A stretch of 64,000 nt of DNA from Octopus sinensis. Its lineage: Eukaryota. Positions 12,766-26,105 of this stretch are shown piece after piece. The translations under genes and the position numbers were made by a program. The notes beneath the pieces were generated by a model. It was not told the DNA's origin and made no database searches. It was given only the letters and a program-made list of their open reading frames with translations. Where the stretch lies: the NCBI RefSeq assembly GCF_006345805.1, contig NC_043000.1, positions 55,304,001 to 55,368,000 of the forward strand. Reading direction: 5' to 3'. How positions within the stretch are numbered: position 1 is the first letter of the stretch; every line of letters starts with the position of its first letter.

Positions 12766-13352
12766 TTTTTACTAAGGGCACAAGGTCTGATATTTGGCAC
12801 GGATGGGAGTAGTCGATTACATCGACCACAGTGTTTCACTGGTACTCAATTTATCGACCCCGAAAGGATGAAAGGCGAAGTCGACCTTGGTGGAATTTGA
12901 ACTCAGAACGTAGCGGCAAACGACTACCGAATTACCTATTTCTTTACTACCCACAAGGGTTTAAGCACAGAGAGGACAAACAAGGACAGACAAACGGATT
13001 AAGTCGATTATATCGACCCCAGTGCGTAATTGGTACTTATTTAATCGACCCCGAAAGGATGAAAGGCAAAGTCGACCTCGGCGGAATTTGAACACACAAC
13101 GTAACGGCAGACGAATTACCTATTTATTTACTACCCATAAGGAGATAAACACAGAGCGGACAAACGAGGACAGACAAACGGATTAAGTCGATTATATCCA
13201 CCCCAGTGCGTAACTGGTACTTAATTTATCGACCCCGAAAAGATGAAAGGCAAAGTCGATCTTGGCGGAATTTGAACTCAGAACGTAGCGGCAGACGAAA
13301 TACCGCTAAGCATTTCGCCCGCGTGCTAACGATTCCGCCAGCTCACCGCTTC
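12766..13352 (-). mobile_element. SINE family B, one head plus three tandem body units (about 185-190 bp period)
   Basis: Minus-strand head GGTGAGCTGGCGGAATCGTTAGC, B-box-like GAGTTCAAATTCC, body GCCTTTCATCCTTTCGGGGTCGATAAA. The body motif recurs at + positions 12854, 13045 and 13229. Confidence 0.85.
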
Positions 13353-13397
13353 ATAATAATAATAATAATAATAATAATGATAATAATAATAATAATA

Positions 13398-13436
<39 letters not shown>

Positions 13437-13475
13437 TAATAATAATAATAATAATATAATATAATAATAATAATA

Positions 13476-13514
<39 letters not shown>
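13353..13514. repeat. (AAT)n microsatellite
   Basis: Direct reading. Confidence 0.95.
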
Positions 13515-14078
13515 GACAGCTTAGACTGAAAAACAAGGAAGTTGCTAACTAGATACGGATGACTTCACCCAGAACGTGGCACAGACAGACTGTATGTACC
13601 AAGAAAAAGAGGGGGAAGAGGACTTGTGGGATGCGAACACAGCATTAGAGCAGAAGAAAACAATATAGCATGGTATGTAAAAAATGTCACAGAACCGATA
13701 TTATTAGAAGTAAGATGGTCAGCCTTGTGTAGGATGAAAAATTGCAAAAATAAAGCACTATACAAGAAATTGAAAACGATGAAACTGAAAGTAGGTGGGT
13801 CAAGAAAAGAATGCATGGCCAGTTTCATAGAGATGTTGAAGATAAGATAGACAGTGAAAGAAGATGGCTGTGGATGACTAAAAGTGATTTAAAACAGGAA
13901 ACGAAGGCTCTAATATGTGCTGCCAAAGAGCAAGCACTAAGAACACACTACATAAAATACAGAATAGACAACACATCAAAAAGTGTTAAGTGCAGAATCT
14001 GTGGATAAAACGGTGAAACCGTATCGCATATTACCAGCCAATGTACACCACCATCTCAGAAGGAATATAAGAAGAATA
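13515..14078 (+). mobile_element. R4/Dong-clade internal fragment (copy 2 of composite unit)
   Basis: Near-identical to 12198-12762, with one substitution and one 1-bp deletion noticed. Confidence 0.9.
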
Positions 14079-14081
14079 ATC

Positions 14082-14669
14082 TTTTTACTAAGGGCACAAG
14101 GTCTGATATTTGGCACGGATGGGAGTAGTCGATTACATCGACCACAGTGTTTCACTGGTACTCAATTTATCGACCCCGAAAGGATGAAAGGCGAAGTCGA
14201 CCTTGGTGGAATTTGAACTCAGAACGTAGCGGCAAACGACTACCGAATTACCTATTTCTTTACTACCCACAAGGGTTTAAGCACAGAGAGGACAAACAAG
14301 GACAGACAAACGGATTAAGTCGATTATATCGACCCCAGTGCGTAATTGGTACTTATTTAATCGACCCCGAAAGGATGAAAGGCAAAGTCGACCTCGGCGG
14401 AATTTGAACACACAACGTAACGGCAGACGAATTACCTATTTCTTTACTACCCATAAGGGGATAAACACAGAGAGGACAATCGAGGACAGACAAACGGATT
14501 AAGTCGATTATATCCACCCCAGTGCGTAACTGGTACTTAATTTATCGACCCCGAAAAGATGAAAGGCAAAGTCGATCTTGGCGGAATTTGAACTCAGAAC
14601 GTAGCGGCAGACGAAATACCGCTAAGCATTTCGCCCGGCGTGCTAACGATTCCGCCAGCTCACCGCTTC
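14082..14669 (-). mobile_element. SINE family B trimer (copy 2)
   Basis: Near-identical to 12766-13352. Confidence 0.85.
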
Positions 14670-14694
14670 ATAATAATAATAATAATAATAAATA

Positions 14695-14729
<35 letters not shown>

Positions 14730-14746
14730 TAATAATAATAATAATA

Positions 14747-14811
<65 letters not shown>

Positions 14812-14812
14812 T
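14670..14812. repeat. (AAT)n microsatellite
   Basis: Direct reading. Confidence 0.95.
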
Positions 14813-16458
14813 TACAGGAACGGGCAATATACATAGGTATATATGGGAGTAAAATGTGTCATAATAATCATTTTTATAGAATGCGGAATATTATCGCCTG
14901 TGCAGTTATTATAAGAGATTTTAATGGTGTTGAACTTGGGCATAATAGAATCAAATCCCATAGACTCTGAGAGATGTAACCAATTTTTTAAAAATAACAC
15001 ATATTATGCAGTATATCTGACACTCTGTAACTTTAGTATAGAAAATGAATATAATATATATATTAGCTAGAAAATGAATATAATCTTCTGTGAATTTTTC
15101 TCACTAATTTTCCAAATGATAATATGGACATTTGCTCATTTTTCAAGATATTTGACAAGTTTACAAATTGTTTTAGTCACAGTAACAATATTTCCTAAAT
15201 GAATTGGATGACACTTAATGTTTAAATATGATTCTCCATGTCTAAATATGATTCTGCATAACAACAATGGCGGTATTAAATGTCATTATTGTAATAGCAA
15301 GTGTAAAATTTGCACATAATTTTCATGAACACTTAAGAATCGGAATGATCTGCTTTTTGAACTAGGAACGTTGCAGCAATTAAGGGATGTATTTTCTGCG
15401 ATAAAAATACCTCGGCGGAATTTCATTTCAAAGATTTACAAGGAATACTGATAAGACTCTTGATCGTTAGTTTAAAAATCCCACCAATTCGTCAACCATT
15501 AATAATCACAAAAAATAATCTATACAAATTATATCTATGGTAAACCATCTTTTGGCTGATAAAGTAACGTAAATTACAGTGAAATGAATTTATTTAAGTG
15601 CTACAATTTAGATTCTCGAGGAATGAACAGTAAAATCAACTCTAGTGGTATTTCATTCAATTCAGAAAGATTTAGGGAATGGATAAATTACATCGTATAT
15701 TTCTTCTTGGATTCGCATAAAGGTTTGTTTTGGAGAGTATTTTAAGTTTATTATCCATATCAGATCCTTGTACGTAGAATTACATGTTACTCTGTTAATT
15801 CCCTTGGCTAAAAACTTAATATATCACAGCTCCTGTTCCATTTCACGATTAAATAGGATACGGCAACCCTACGTAATATATTGCCATTACTATTATTCCC
15901 ATTATTGATGCTGTTATAGTTATTGTTGCTGGCAGAGAACAAGTTATAAAACATAAACATGCGATTTAAAGTAAGTTCTGCAACAAATATTTCTAGTAAA
16001 TACGTGACAGCAATGAAGTATATAGAAACATATACCACTTAATAAAAAATGTAATACGTGACAAAACTATACGATCCTTTTTAAATATAGATTTAAATAC
16101 TGTTAGATTATGGTGAATTAGTTAAACATTGTGCGGGTCCCAAAACAGAAGTTTCTTTTAAGAATATAAATTCATATACTATCAATATGAGAAATCGTAG
16201 AAATAACAAATATCACCATTTAATAATCACATACATTCAAGTAAATATATTCCATAGTCTCCGAAAGAGAGGTCGGATGAATAATGTAAGCATTTCACTC
16301 TAACGGGGATTATTTGATCAACAGTTCACGTACATATTTTGTTTACGGTGCTGAGAATATTTTCATTTTCTGTTCTCAAATATATAGTAACCCGTAAAGT
16401 TTATAGTGAAGCATGGTTGCCGATAGAAATTGCAACCAATATCCTTTAAAACTCGCAG

Positions 16459-16547
16459 GTACACAACTACTTCAGTTAGACAGGCCAATATAGCCTACTT
16501 ATTCATATACGATCGGAGAGGCCTGTGTTCGATGCATTTGTTAGAAG
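16459..16547 (+). CDS. Candidate exon A of an unidentified multi-exon gene (phase 2 to 1; YTTTSVRQANIAYLFIYDRRGLCSMHLLE)
   Basis: Acceptor tcctttaaaactcgcag, donor AAG|GTGAAT, 89 nt. Open in only one frame, and its end phase matches exon B. Confidence 0.5.
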
Positions 16548-16926
16548 GTGAATTCAATCCAGTTTCGCCTGGGAACCCGAAAGTCAATAACATATATTCA
16601 CATATCTACAAGAAAAAATAAGAGATATGAATACGAGTCGCCAGCGGCATATATATGAACAACATAGATAAATAAAAGTATATAAAATAAAACACAACAA
16701 AATGTCCTAGATTTGTTGAAATTATGTCCGCCTCTAGAGTTTGTGGCAAAATTATAACATGGAAACGAGAGATGTGACAACTCTAAGTATTGATATAAGC
16801 AGATACAGATTAATAGACATCAAAATACATAAAGCACAAAAAGAAAATGAGTCTCCTCAGACACAACAGAAACTACATAGATATGTAAATATGTGTATAT
16901 AAGTGTATTGATATATGAAATATATA

Positions 16927-17810
16927 CAGGGGTTGGACAAAATAAGGGAGATACCTTAGAGTTTCAAACAAATTTATTTTAATATGAGATAGGACCGCAT
17001 TTCGTAGTAATTACAGCTTGAATTCTACAAATTATGGTCTCGTACAAAGTTTTAATTGTTTCCAAAGTATTTTTTCTCCATTCTTCAGGTAAAACAGTCT
17101 CCAGTCTTTGTAATGAGTGGACGATAACAAATCCTTACTTGCTTTTCTAAAATGCACATTAAATGTTCAATAATACTGAGATCTGGGGACTGTGGTGGCC
17201 AGATATGATGTTCAACTAGAATGTTCCTCGTGCCATTCAGTAACAACTTTAGCTGTGTGAATTAGTGCATTATCATCCTGAAAAATTGTGTTTTTCTACG
17301 GAAAGAGTCCCGCAACCATAGGATGAATTTGATCTGATAATATGCTTAAATAGTATTGACTATTAATTCTCCCGTGTAGAGAAACCATTAAACCGGAGAA
17401 TTTCAAGGATAGCCTCCCACTAACCAGATCGTACAGATACCTCTCGATGTTTAACAGTTAAAAGAAAGCAGTCTGGTCAAATGTTTCTTTTCGCTATCTC
17501 CACACATATACTCGGATGGTGTTTGTAAATAAGGTAAAGGATAACTCGTCCAAGAAACTAACATACTGCCACTGCTCTAGGGACCAATTCAGTAAATTTT
17601 TACTCCACTCTAAACGCTTTGCAACGTTTGTTTCTAAACGTAGTGGTTTACTGATTGCAGCCCTCCTGTGGAATCCAGTTTTGTGTAGTTCTCGGTGAAC
17701 AGTTTTTGTGTAAACTAGATTCTCGAGGTGATCATTAATCTCTGCAGTAGTTTTGGGAGATGGGAGACGAGTATTTATTCTATCATCCTCTGAAGAACCA
17801 CTAAAATACA
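16927..17810 (-). mobile_element. Tc1/Tc3-like transposon, 3' two-thirds, decayed DD34E transposase
   Basis: TIR TA-CAGGGGTTGGACAAAATAA at 16925. Minus strand reads KTVHRELHKTGF..WSLEQWQYVSFLDE, IFQDDNA and WPPQSPDLSIIEHL. Confidence 0.9.
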
Positions 17811-17879
17811 GGGACGTAAACACACCACCATTGGTTGTCAAGCGATGTTGGGAGGACAAACACAGACACACAAACATGT

Positions 17880-17945
<66 letters not shown>

Positions 17946-18114
17946 CATATGTACGACGGGCTTCTTTCAGTTACCGCCTACCAAATCTGCTCATAAGACT
18001 TTGGTCGGCCCGAGGCTATATAAGAAGACACTTCTCCAAGGTGCCACGCAGTGGGAATGAATCCGGAACCACGTGGTTGGTAAGCAAGCTACTTATCACA
18101 CAGCCACTCCTGCG
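17811..18114 (-). mobile_element. SINE family A, 3'-truncated, with internal (TA)n/(CA)n
   Basis: Head CGCAGGAGTGGCTGTGTG(A)TAAG..CCTTGGAGAAGTGTCTT on the minus strand, aligning to 45446. Confidence 0.88.
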
Positions 18115-18116
18115 AC

Positions 18117-18131
18117 TGTACATATGCATAC

Positions 18132-18216
<85 letters not shown>

Positions 18217-18248
18217 ATATATATATGCATATATATACATATATATTC

Positions 18249-18291
<43 letters not shown>

Positions 18292-18390
18292 TGCATATAC
18301 CTATATAGACGCATATACATGTACATATATATATACATATAGACACACACACACATACACACATATATATATATACACATATATACTTAT
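18117..18390. repeat. (TA)n/(CA)n compound microsatellite
   Basis: Direct reading. Confidence 0.9.
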
Positions 18391-19123
18391 GAGTATGTAT
18401 GTATGTAACTACCACGTTCTCACTTTCTCTACAATATGGATCAAATCATATTAGGCGTGCATGCGTCGTTCTATCTTTCCTACTTCATGTTTGTGTGCGT
18501 AGCTCACTCTCATTCTCTTTCTCTTGCTTTCTCATATATATGTATGTTTGTGTGTGTATGCGCGCACAGATAGATAGAAAAATAAATTTTTCCCGTTAAA
18601 TTTGATTTTGTATCTTTATAAGTAATTGATATTTATACAAATAACCTACTTTAAATCAGAAAGTACTTTTATTCCTTAAACACAATCGAAGTAATTTTTA
18701 AGAAAGTTAGAAACTAAGATATGTTTTCCATCAGTGACTGATTCGCTCTGTGGTTTTGTAGACGAAATATAACTCACTCAAATTTTAGTATTCTCCAATA
18801 TCTTCTGCAAAATTGTCACCTGTTTATTTTGTTTTATAACATGTAATCAATCATGAATCACCTGTTGCCATACATTTTTGTGAATCACTTTGGTATACAT
18901 TTGCAGCATGCAGATCTTGATTTCAATAATCGCCCGACAATCCGAAACATAAAATTCAAACTGTGGTAAATGAAGGATACAAAATTACCTTTGCCTAACT
19001 TATATGCCGAAGCGTGAATCAACACGCACATAAGCATGCCCACACACATGCGAATATATGCATAGATACGTACGCATACAGGTACGGTTATAAATCTATA
19101 TACATACATATAGAGATAGATAT

Positions 19124-19178
<55 letters not shown>

Positions 19179-19417
19179 TGTAAATATATATATATATATA
19201 TATAACTTATAAACAAGGGCAAAAGAAAAAAATTCCAGTGCCAAATATGCCGAAAATAGACTTAAATCGTCAATAACCACATATAAATCATCAATAAAAG
19301 CATGCTTCTCGAAGCATGCCGACAGAAATTTCTAGAAAAATTCGTAAACGGCCCCGATTACTGAGTTAATTGATAAAGAATTTTCTCGTCATCAGTGGTA
19401 AACACGATAAGAAATAA

Positions 19418-19634
19418 ATGAGATACTTACTTGCACTTATGAGATACTTACTTGAAATACAGTGCCAAGTTGAACTGTTACAAAAGTTTTGCCTCCTTGG
19501 CACGGACAGATTAATCAGAAAAGTGTGAGATACCTGAAAGAACGAATAGCATGGTACCGTAGACTGCAGGTAATAAGCCCACTGCGCACGCAAGACTTCA
19601 GGAGCTCCAACTAAACCTGTGTTACAGAGAAAAC
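19418..19634 (+). mobile_element. R4/Dong-clade extreme 3' end with 3' UTR
   Basis: Reads MRYLLEIQCQVELLQKFCLLGTDRLIRKV*DT*, matching the R4-clade terminal motif LQK..LLGTARI.RKVL, followed directly by (AAT)n. Confidence 0.8.
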
Positions 19635-19641
19635 AATAATA

Positions 19642-19674
<33 letters not shown>

Positions 19675-19706
19675 ACAACAACAACAACAACAACAGCAAC
19701 AATAAC

Positions 19707-19761
<55 letters not shown>

Positions 19762-19764
19762 CTA

Positions 19765-19848
<84 letters not shown>
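19635..19848. repeat. (AAT)n/(AAC)n microsatellite
   Basis: Direct reading. Confidence 0.95.
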
Positions 19849-20049
19849 GATTAGACAGGAAAACAACTTGCTAACTAGATAGGGGCCACTCCGCTCCAAA
19901 AAGTGATACAGACAGACTGTATGTCCCAAGAAAAAGAGGGGGAAGAGGACTTATGGGATGTGAACACAGCATTACTGCAGGAGAAAACAACATAGCATGT
20001 TATGTAAAAAATGCCACAGAACCTAACGATTCTGTCAGCTGACCGCCTT
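19849..20049 (+). mobile_element. Internally deleted, diverged third copy of the R4-fragment/SINE-B composite
   Basis: 19849-20022 aligns to the start of 12198. 20023-20049 (TAACGATTCTGTCAGCTGACCGCCTT) aligns to the SINE-head end of the unit (13327-13352). Confidence 0.8.
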
Positions 20050-20059
20050 AATAATATCA

Positions 20060-20060
20060 G

Positions 20061-20126
<66 letters not shown>

Positions 20127-20190
20127 CACTACTACCACTGCTACTACTACCACAACTACCACTACTACTACAACTACTACTACTAATAAT

Positions 20191-20231
<41 letters not shown>

Positions 20232-20250
20232 TTATAATAATAATAATAAC
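20060..20250. repeat. (ACT)n/(AAT)n compound microsatellite
   Basis: Direct reading. Confidence 0.9.
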
Positions 20251-20977
20251 AATGTTTTCTTACCATGACACAAACTCAGGAAATATAGTGGGATCGAACC
20301 CGTCGAGCATATTTATTCCAAGTACATAAAATCATAATAATAAATATTATAGATGTGTAGTTTGTGATAAAGCATCTACGATATGAAAGCAAATTAATTA
20401 ATTAATTAAATGGCATTTAACCTTTTTTAATTAATTTAATAGTTTACTTAACATCATCAATACATTATCACTCGCTACACATCTTTCACATAAATTCTTA
20501 CCAACATTTGTTCTAACATTTTATATACTTAAGCATTCTATTATTAGTGCATTGATGTTGTCCACGCACACAACACATCACGTCTTCCACCGTTCCCAAC
20601 CAGATATCTCATTTTCTCGCGTGAATCTTTGATTTAAATTCTTTTATTCTAACCTCATCACCTCGTATATTCTCATATACTTTCCCTGAATTTCTCCCTA
20701 ATCTCCCTCTCTCTTTACCGCTTTCTTCTCTTACTGTCTCTTTGCTTCTTGTCCCTCTCTTAAACGAAGGCTATTACGCCGACTTGAAAAACCGACAATA
20801 ATATTTTCTACCCGTCACTTCACCGACAACACTCCATTATTTTAAATATTTGAAGAAAAAAGGTCTATACAGTATATTCAATAGAATCCTTTATAATGTA
20901 TTCAAAAAAAAGATTATGATTCAAGAATTTTAATGTTTTCACCCTTAGACAATCATTTAATATGACATATAGCTTAG

Positions 20978-21143
20978 AAATTGTGGCAACAACGATCACC
21001 TCAAGGACTATTTCCTCCTACAATAAGAGAGACTGATAGTTGAAAGACGGCCCCCATTACTACTGTCACTACAACGCCAGCAATTATGTCACCAGCAGCA
21101 AGAGTGTGCTACTGCAGATTACAGTTGTTCCAGTGCAAGCTGC
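20978..21143 (+). repeat. About 165-bp direct repeat, copy 1 (copy 2 at 23321-23485)
   Basis: AAATTGTGGCAACAACGATCACCTCAAGG...GTTGTTCCAGT..GCTGC occurs in both copies, roughly 90% identical by eye. Confidence 0.9.
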
Positions 21144-21407
<264 letters not shown>

Positions 21408-22760
21408 TAAGACGTCGCACAGTACCCAATGTTGTGATGTTGATTGAAGACATTGTGTGTAGCAGGAGTTTGTATTGTCAAGTCACAACAAGGACCTCAG
21501 ACAGACATTACTTTATGCAGTATGCGTGCAGTTCCAGGAGAAGCCGACTTTTGCAATACACATAGATTGTAGGGTATTGCTAAAGTTTCCAGATGTTTCA
21601 TCAGGTTGGGCGATATTGAATCCGATGCTCCGATGACAACACGAACAATCGTTATGTTTGACTATAGTAGCTGCCACATCTTGCCGATCTCAATTCTCAG
21701 ATCTCCATATTTATCAACCTTTTCTCTTTTTTCATGATATGTTGACCTGGTAATGCCATGTGGATTATTTGGCACACTTGTTTGTCCATCTCAAAGGTTA
21801 TTATATCCGGCTTCGGTGCTCTAACACCTTATCTGTCTGGAAGTCAAAGTCTTTTCGTGCATTATATTTTCCGGTGTATATTTATACCAAACACCCGTTA
21901 TCTAGTATCTATACTTCCGGTATAGTAACCAGGGAAGTTTTAAGTCTACTTTGTCGTTTCTGCGCTTGTACTCTTCTTGTGCAACATTTTCACAAGTGTT
22001 AACAACATGAGTCACGATTTCGACCTTCTTCATACACAGTTTGCAGAGGTTCGTTGCAATAGTGTGGTATATATCCCTGCAACTGAGTTGGTACTCAATG
22101 CCTGATCTTGCGCAGCAGTGATTAGGCCTTCAGTATTTCTTTTTAGGTCACCCTTCCTAAGCCACCTCCATGTTGCTTCCTGATATTTTAAGTTGTTAGT
22201 TTCTCGATGGAACTGACCATGTAATTCCATGAAGAGTAGGATTTATTGTCTCTCGCTGGCTCTTCATGATCGGAAATCATAAACACTCTCAAGTCCGTTA
22301 TTGGTAAACCTTTCTGCATTAACGGCATACTGTAGCAGGTCTTGTTTGCTATTTAACAAATGCTCTGCCATGTACCTTCTTTCACTGTTAATGCATTTCC
22401 GTACGCTAATCAACCCATTCGCCTTTATACCTCTTCATGTAGAGCCTGGTTATGTGCGCTTTAAGGTGGGGGGGCACCATGCTATGTCAATGACTTTCGG
22501 GTTGTGCGATCGAGTTGATTAATCTCCGCTCCTGACCATTTCCGGATGGGTGATCTATAACGGACTACAGCAACAGCCCATATGTTAATGGCAGTCACAA
22601 GGATTTTTCAGTTGAGTTTTAATTTATTTCAAGAGAAGTTTGAGGCGCTTCAAATATGCAGTGAAGACCTTGTCTTTTATATATTTGTGCAAGATATTGT
22701 CCAGCTCCAGGATCCGAAGATACTTGTAGCCATCATCATCCAGGTCTTCACCGTTCCTTA
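21408..22760 (-). mobile_element. R4/Dong-clade non-LTR retrotransposon, 5'-truncated, decayed
   Basis: Reads GYKYLRILE, AINIWAVAVVRY, LHGQFHR..WLRKGDLKRNTEGLITAAQDQAL, CKLC..VTHVVNTC, PDI (RLE region), KYGDLRIEI and GTARILHKVM*, then 3' UTR and (TAA)n tail. Confidence 0.92.
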
Positions 22761-23320
22761 CAAGCACAGTGGGCTTAAAAAGGTAAAAGAGTAAGATTAC
22801 CGAAAGCAATCCCGTAAAAGGAAAACAGGACATGCACTCACAGATTTCCCAAGACACGTTCAGGAATAGCAGTAAGTAATAATAATAATAAATATAAAAG
22901 AAAAAGTGAAACTAGTAATAATAATGATGATGTTGATGATGATGATGATGATGATGATACATACCAGGCAGTGACTATCAAAAGTACCTAAACGACGTAA
23001 TCTCAGGGAATTTAAGACCAGACTGAAGGGAAGTGATGTACAGATGTATATCGCTGAAGGGTCATTGAGTAACGTCAGTCTCACAGAGCAAGTTGTACAA
23101 TGCTTGAAAACATTAGTGCAAACATTTTGAAACCTACTACGAGAACCTAATATATAAGTGGGGAAATGTCTTGTGTTAAGATCCCTAAAACTCTGCTAGA
23201 AATACAAATGCAAATTGGGCTGGGACAGAGTTAGAGTTACTAATTTAGGGTTCACCTGTATAAAGCCAAGGAGGTCAGCAAACGTAAGTGATATCAAATA
23301 GTAGAAAAAAATAAATAGCA

Positions 23321-23485
23321 AAATTGTGGCAACAACGATCACCTCAAGGCCTATTGCCTCCTATAATAAGAGAAACTGATAGTTGAAAGACGGCCCCCAT
23401 TACTACTGACACTACAACACCAGCAATTATGTCACCAGCAGCAAGAGTGTGCAACTGCAGCTAGAGTTGTTCCAGTACATGCTGC
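23321..23485 (+). repeat. About 165-bp direct repeat, copy 2
   Basis: See 20978-21143. Confidence 0.9.
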
Positions 23486-24252
23486 AAAAATGGCAGCAGC
23501 ACCTACAGAAAAGGCAGGAACAAGAACACCAATAGTGGAAATTTCTTTTGTTACATAAAAGTATATTAACTGTAACTTGCAGTTAACGAACACCTAATTT
23601 GATCAATTACTATTTTAAGGTATACTATTTTTCTGACGTTATGCCTAATACATTATTTCAAAATTATCGCATAATTTCACCATTTAAATTAAATACGGGA
23701 TTATTCTTTTATTTTTTTTTTCTTTACTTGTTTCAGCCATCCGGCTGAGGCCATGCTGGGGCACTCCGATAAATTTTCAGATGGGTTAATGTAAACTTCT
23801 AGAAAACACCTAAACATTCGCATTTTTCAGATATTTTAATAAAACTGTCTATTTTGTTGTCCATTTTAAATACCAAATTTGAATGGACCATACAATTCAA
23901 TTATGGCAGCTTTCATTCACGTCGATTATCTCCTGTCGAATGCCTTGTCACCGTATTATACCTACATTTTATATGTGTAACTTATGCAGTAATAACACTT
24001 GTCTGTGTAACCGTAATTTTGAAATGAAGAAACCATTTTTCACATATTGTTAGGGGAGTGAATCAGAAATTTCCATATTTTATTTTTTATTTCGTTCGTA
24101 TTTATAAATGATTTAATGTCATTTTTTTCATTTTAATTACATAATTCACTATTTAATAAATGTCAATCATCCTCATAAATATGTTGGTTGTATGACTAAA
24201 TAGTACAGAAACCTAATGACAATAAACGGCAGTTATACATAATATTTAATAT

Positions 24253-24370
24253 GCACGTAGAGCAAAATACGTAGCGGTATTTCGTCTATTTTTATGCTCT
24301 GAGTTCAAATGTCGCCGAATTCAGCTTTACCATTCATCCTTTCCAAGTCGATAAAATAAGTACCAGTTGA
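24253..24370 (+). mobile_element. SINE family B fragment, diverged
   Basis: Contains GCGGTATTTCGTC..CTGAGTTCAAAT..CATTCATCCTTTCC..GTCGATAAAATAAGTACCAG. Confidence 0.75.
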
Positions 24371-24471
24371 GTACAGTTTGAATGGAGTATAATCTTTATT
24401 GTATACACTTGAACTGTAATATGTACAAATTTTAAAAAGAAAAATACCCTTATTGTGTCAGCTTTACATAG

Positions 24472-24623
24472 GATGGTATGTTAAAAAGAAAGACATCTAC
24501 GTCGTCAACCCGAACAGAATCGCTAGAATGAGGCGCAGGAAATTCATTTGGACAGCAAGTCTATTCACCCTAATGCTAAGTCAAAATAGGCAAGACATTC
24601 CTAAATATAAAGCTTCAAAATGC
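24472..24623 (+). CDS. Candidate exon B (phase 1 to 0; (G)WYVKKKDIYVVNPNRIARMRRRKFIWTASLFTLMLSQNRQDIPKYKASKC)
   Basis: Acceptor tgtcagctttacatag, perfect donor TGC|GTAAGT, 152 nt, non-repetitive. Phases join exons A and C. Confidence 0.7.
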
Positions 24624-24799
24624 GTAAGTATACAGGAATGTTTGCGCACACCTGTATGCGCTCGTGCACAAAAGCAGTATATTATAATACTGAAATATTT
24701 TCCTTAACTTTATAAGTAATAGAACGATGCCAACACACTGTCTCTAAATAATTTATATACAGTAATTCTGTGAATAGGCAAAGATAGAAACCCAATCAT

Positions 24800-25015
<216 letters not shown>

Positions 25016-25023
25016 ATATTTAT

Positions 25024-25779
25024 GTTACCTTGATCACCTTGACCAACCAGTCCGTCGGGCGTCCGTCTTACACCACTGGTCACAGCACGCTGTCCACCCC
25101 TCTCTGGAGCGTGCCTTTCTTATCCACGTGATCCCAATCCTCCTCCTGAAATCTTAACTCCACCGTCGTGGAGGCTTTCTGAGTAGTCATTTCCGCTCGC
25201 GCCGGTAACAATCGACAACTGCGCGGTTTCACCGATTATCGGTGACCCGGGCGACGTGTCCAGCCCAGCTAAACTTGCTGCGTGTATATTCTGCGATGAC
25301 ATCCCTCACACCGGACTTCTCTCTGTTGACCTCGCTACTGATGTGCTCTCTCAACGAGATTCCAAGCATTGACCTTTCCATGGCTCTTTGAGCCGTTACC
25401 AGTCTCTGCTCTTCTCTCTTTGTTGTAGCCCATGCTTCACTACCATATAACATTGCAGGTAGAACTGTGCAGTTGATTAGGTTAGCACGGGGGGTCCTGT
25501 CTAACGTTCCCTTGAGCACATCCCTTATGCCATTAAATGCCTTCCGTCCGGCCCTTACTCTTCGTGAGATCTCCTTTTCGGTATCTCGGTACATATTCAC
25601 TTCCTGTCCCAGGTAGACATATTCCTTTACCTCCTCTATTTCATCACTGCCGATCACCAATCGACTAGTTGGTATGTTGTCTGACTGCATGAACTTCGTT
25701 TTCATGCTGTTCATCTTGAGACCTACTGCAGAGCATTTGGTGTCGAGCTCCGTCAGCATGGTCTGAAGCTGATCCGTGA
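25024..25779 (-). mobile_element. RTE-clade LINE (YLGQ type), 5'-truncated
   Basis: ORF 25229-25759 reads VGLKMNSMKTK..YVYLGQ..VLPAMLYGSEAW..QRAMERSMLG..WAGHVAR. Ends in a short CAAGGTGATCAAGGT tail. Confidence 0.92.
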
Positions 25780-25827
25780 TATATGCATATATATTATTTA
25801 TATAGGTATATATATATTATTTATATA

Positions 25828-26043
25828 CTCTTTTACTTGTTTCAGTCATTTGACTGTGGCCATACTGGAACACCGCCTTTGGTCGAACAATAGACCCCAG
25901 GACTTATTATTTGTAAGCCTAGTACTTATTCTACCTGTCACTTTTGCCGAAGCCGCTAAGTTACGGGGATGTAAACACACCAGCATCGGTTGTCAAGCGA
26001 TGTTGGGGGACAAACACAGACACTCAAAGGTATACACACACAA

Positions 26044-26105
<62 letters not shown>

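Noticed and set aside
15667-15722. Candidate + exon RFREWINYIVYFFLDSHK (phase 1 to 1)
   Set aside because: Its phase is incompatible with exon A, which starts in phase 2, and the donor GTTTGT is weaker. Coordinates are approximate.
19300-19319. Small palindrome GCATGCTTC-TC-GAAGCATGC
   Set aside because: Short and isolated, plausible by chance in 64 kb.
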